Below are positions 63,301 through 64,000 of a DNA stretch of 64,000 bases, piece by piece. Where the stretch lies: NCBI GenBank assembly GCA_043228905.1, contig JBHGNT010000008.1:21638001-21702000 (forward strand), in the 5' to 3' direction. The stretch comes from Azolla caroliniana. Taxonomy: Eukaryota > Plantae > Polypodiophyta. Below the pieces are notes generated by a model. It made no database searches and was not told the origin of the DNA. It saw only the letters and a program-made list of their open reading frames with translations. Within the stretch, counting starts at the first letter, position 1; each line of letters begins with the position of its first letter. The translations under genes and the position numbers were made by a program.

Positions 63301-63562
63301 TGTCATGATATGGCAAGACTCGAACCCATGACCTTATATTACATGGGTTGAGCTCTTACCATTAGGCTATGTATTGTTATGCGAAAGACATTATTTTCAT
63401 TTAAGTTTTACTATAGAAAATTGATGTATATTCCAGATTTCTTTGGAACATTCTAGAAACTTTAGGAGTACTGAGAACACTATAAAATGAGGCACAAGGC
63501 ATTATTTCGAACCAAATCAGTTCAACGCCAGACTTAAGCCTCCTAGCCTTCCTTACATATTC
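63301..63562 (+). repeat. Truncated 3' LTR of the Tcn1-like element
   Basis: Matches 21831-22093, then breaks abruptly. Confidence 0.9.
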
Positions 63563-63585
63563 AAGAGCGGTGGGGGAGGATAAAG

Positions 63586-64000
63586 ATGGATGAAGAATAT
63601 CTCATGAAGGCAATGTCAAAGATGATGATGGAATTTTCAAGAAAAGGGAAACGACGAGATGTGGCCCAACAAGTCGTCGAGAGTGTGATCAAGCAAGTCG
63701 ACTATTTCAACGATGTTGAAGTCCAAAATTTTCTAAAAGCCTACAATGCCAAGATGGATTCGAGATGTGTGAACGAAGCTATGACGTTGGAGTCATTTTG
63801 TCGCGTGGTGGCTGAACTGATCTACAAAGAGGTAAAAGAGCTTCGAGAAGCTCAGGATTCATGGGTGACTTTCGAGGAGGCTCTATTGGAGGCTTATGGC
63901 TACGAGAGACCAAAGGGACGAGGATAGCGTGAGTTCGACCAGTGGGTGGCATCGGTGAAGACCCACCAAAGCGCAAAACACGCATTCCTAGACTTCGAGC
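63586..64000 (+). pseudogene. Gag N-terminal fragment of another gypsy C/D-lineage element
   Basis: VESVIKQVDYFN..VQNFLKAYNAKM parallels gypsy D IEAVVGTIGRFDGKDATKYLASYGAEM. Confidence 0.7.

Overview
This window is eukaryotic heterochromatin made entirely of transposable elements; I see no host gene. The element families (Tcn1-like self-priming chromovirus, tRNA-Trp-primed gypsy, Tnt1/Tork-like copia) suggest a bryophyte such as a moss, which is an inference. There are two nests. Nest 1 (1220-20280) is a small TIR element holding an L1-like LINE, which holds two Athila-like gypsy elements. Nest 2 (20494-end) is six levels deep: old copia > Tcn1-like gypsy > solo LTR > DNA transposon > gypsy C > gypsy D. 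The standout is the DNA transposon at 32904-62346, about 9.6 kb once later insertions are removed. It has a Sola-like DDD transposase on the + strand. Divergently, on the - strand, it carries a spliced gene (four frame-restoring GT-AG introns) that fuses a ParB/Srx-like domain to a bacterial beta-class N4-cytosine/N6-adenine DNA methyltransferase. Between the two coding regions, in the putative first intron, lies an array of 14 25-bp palindromes on a mostly 51-bp period. Both genes are pseudogenised in this copy. All coordinates and counts were read by eye and no database search was run.
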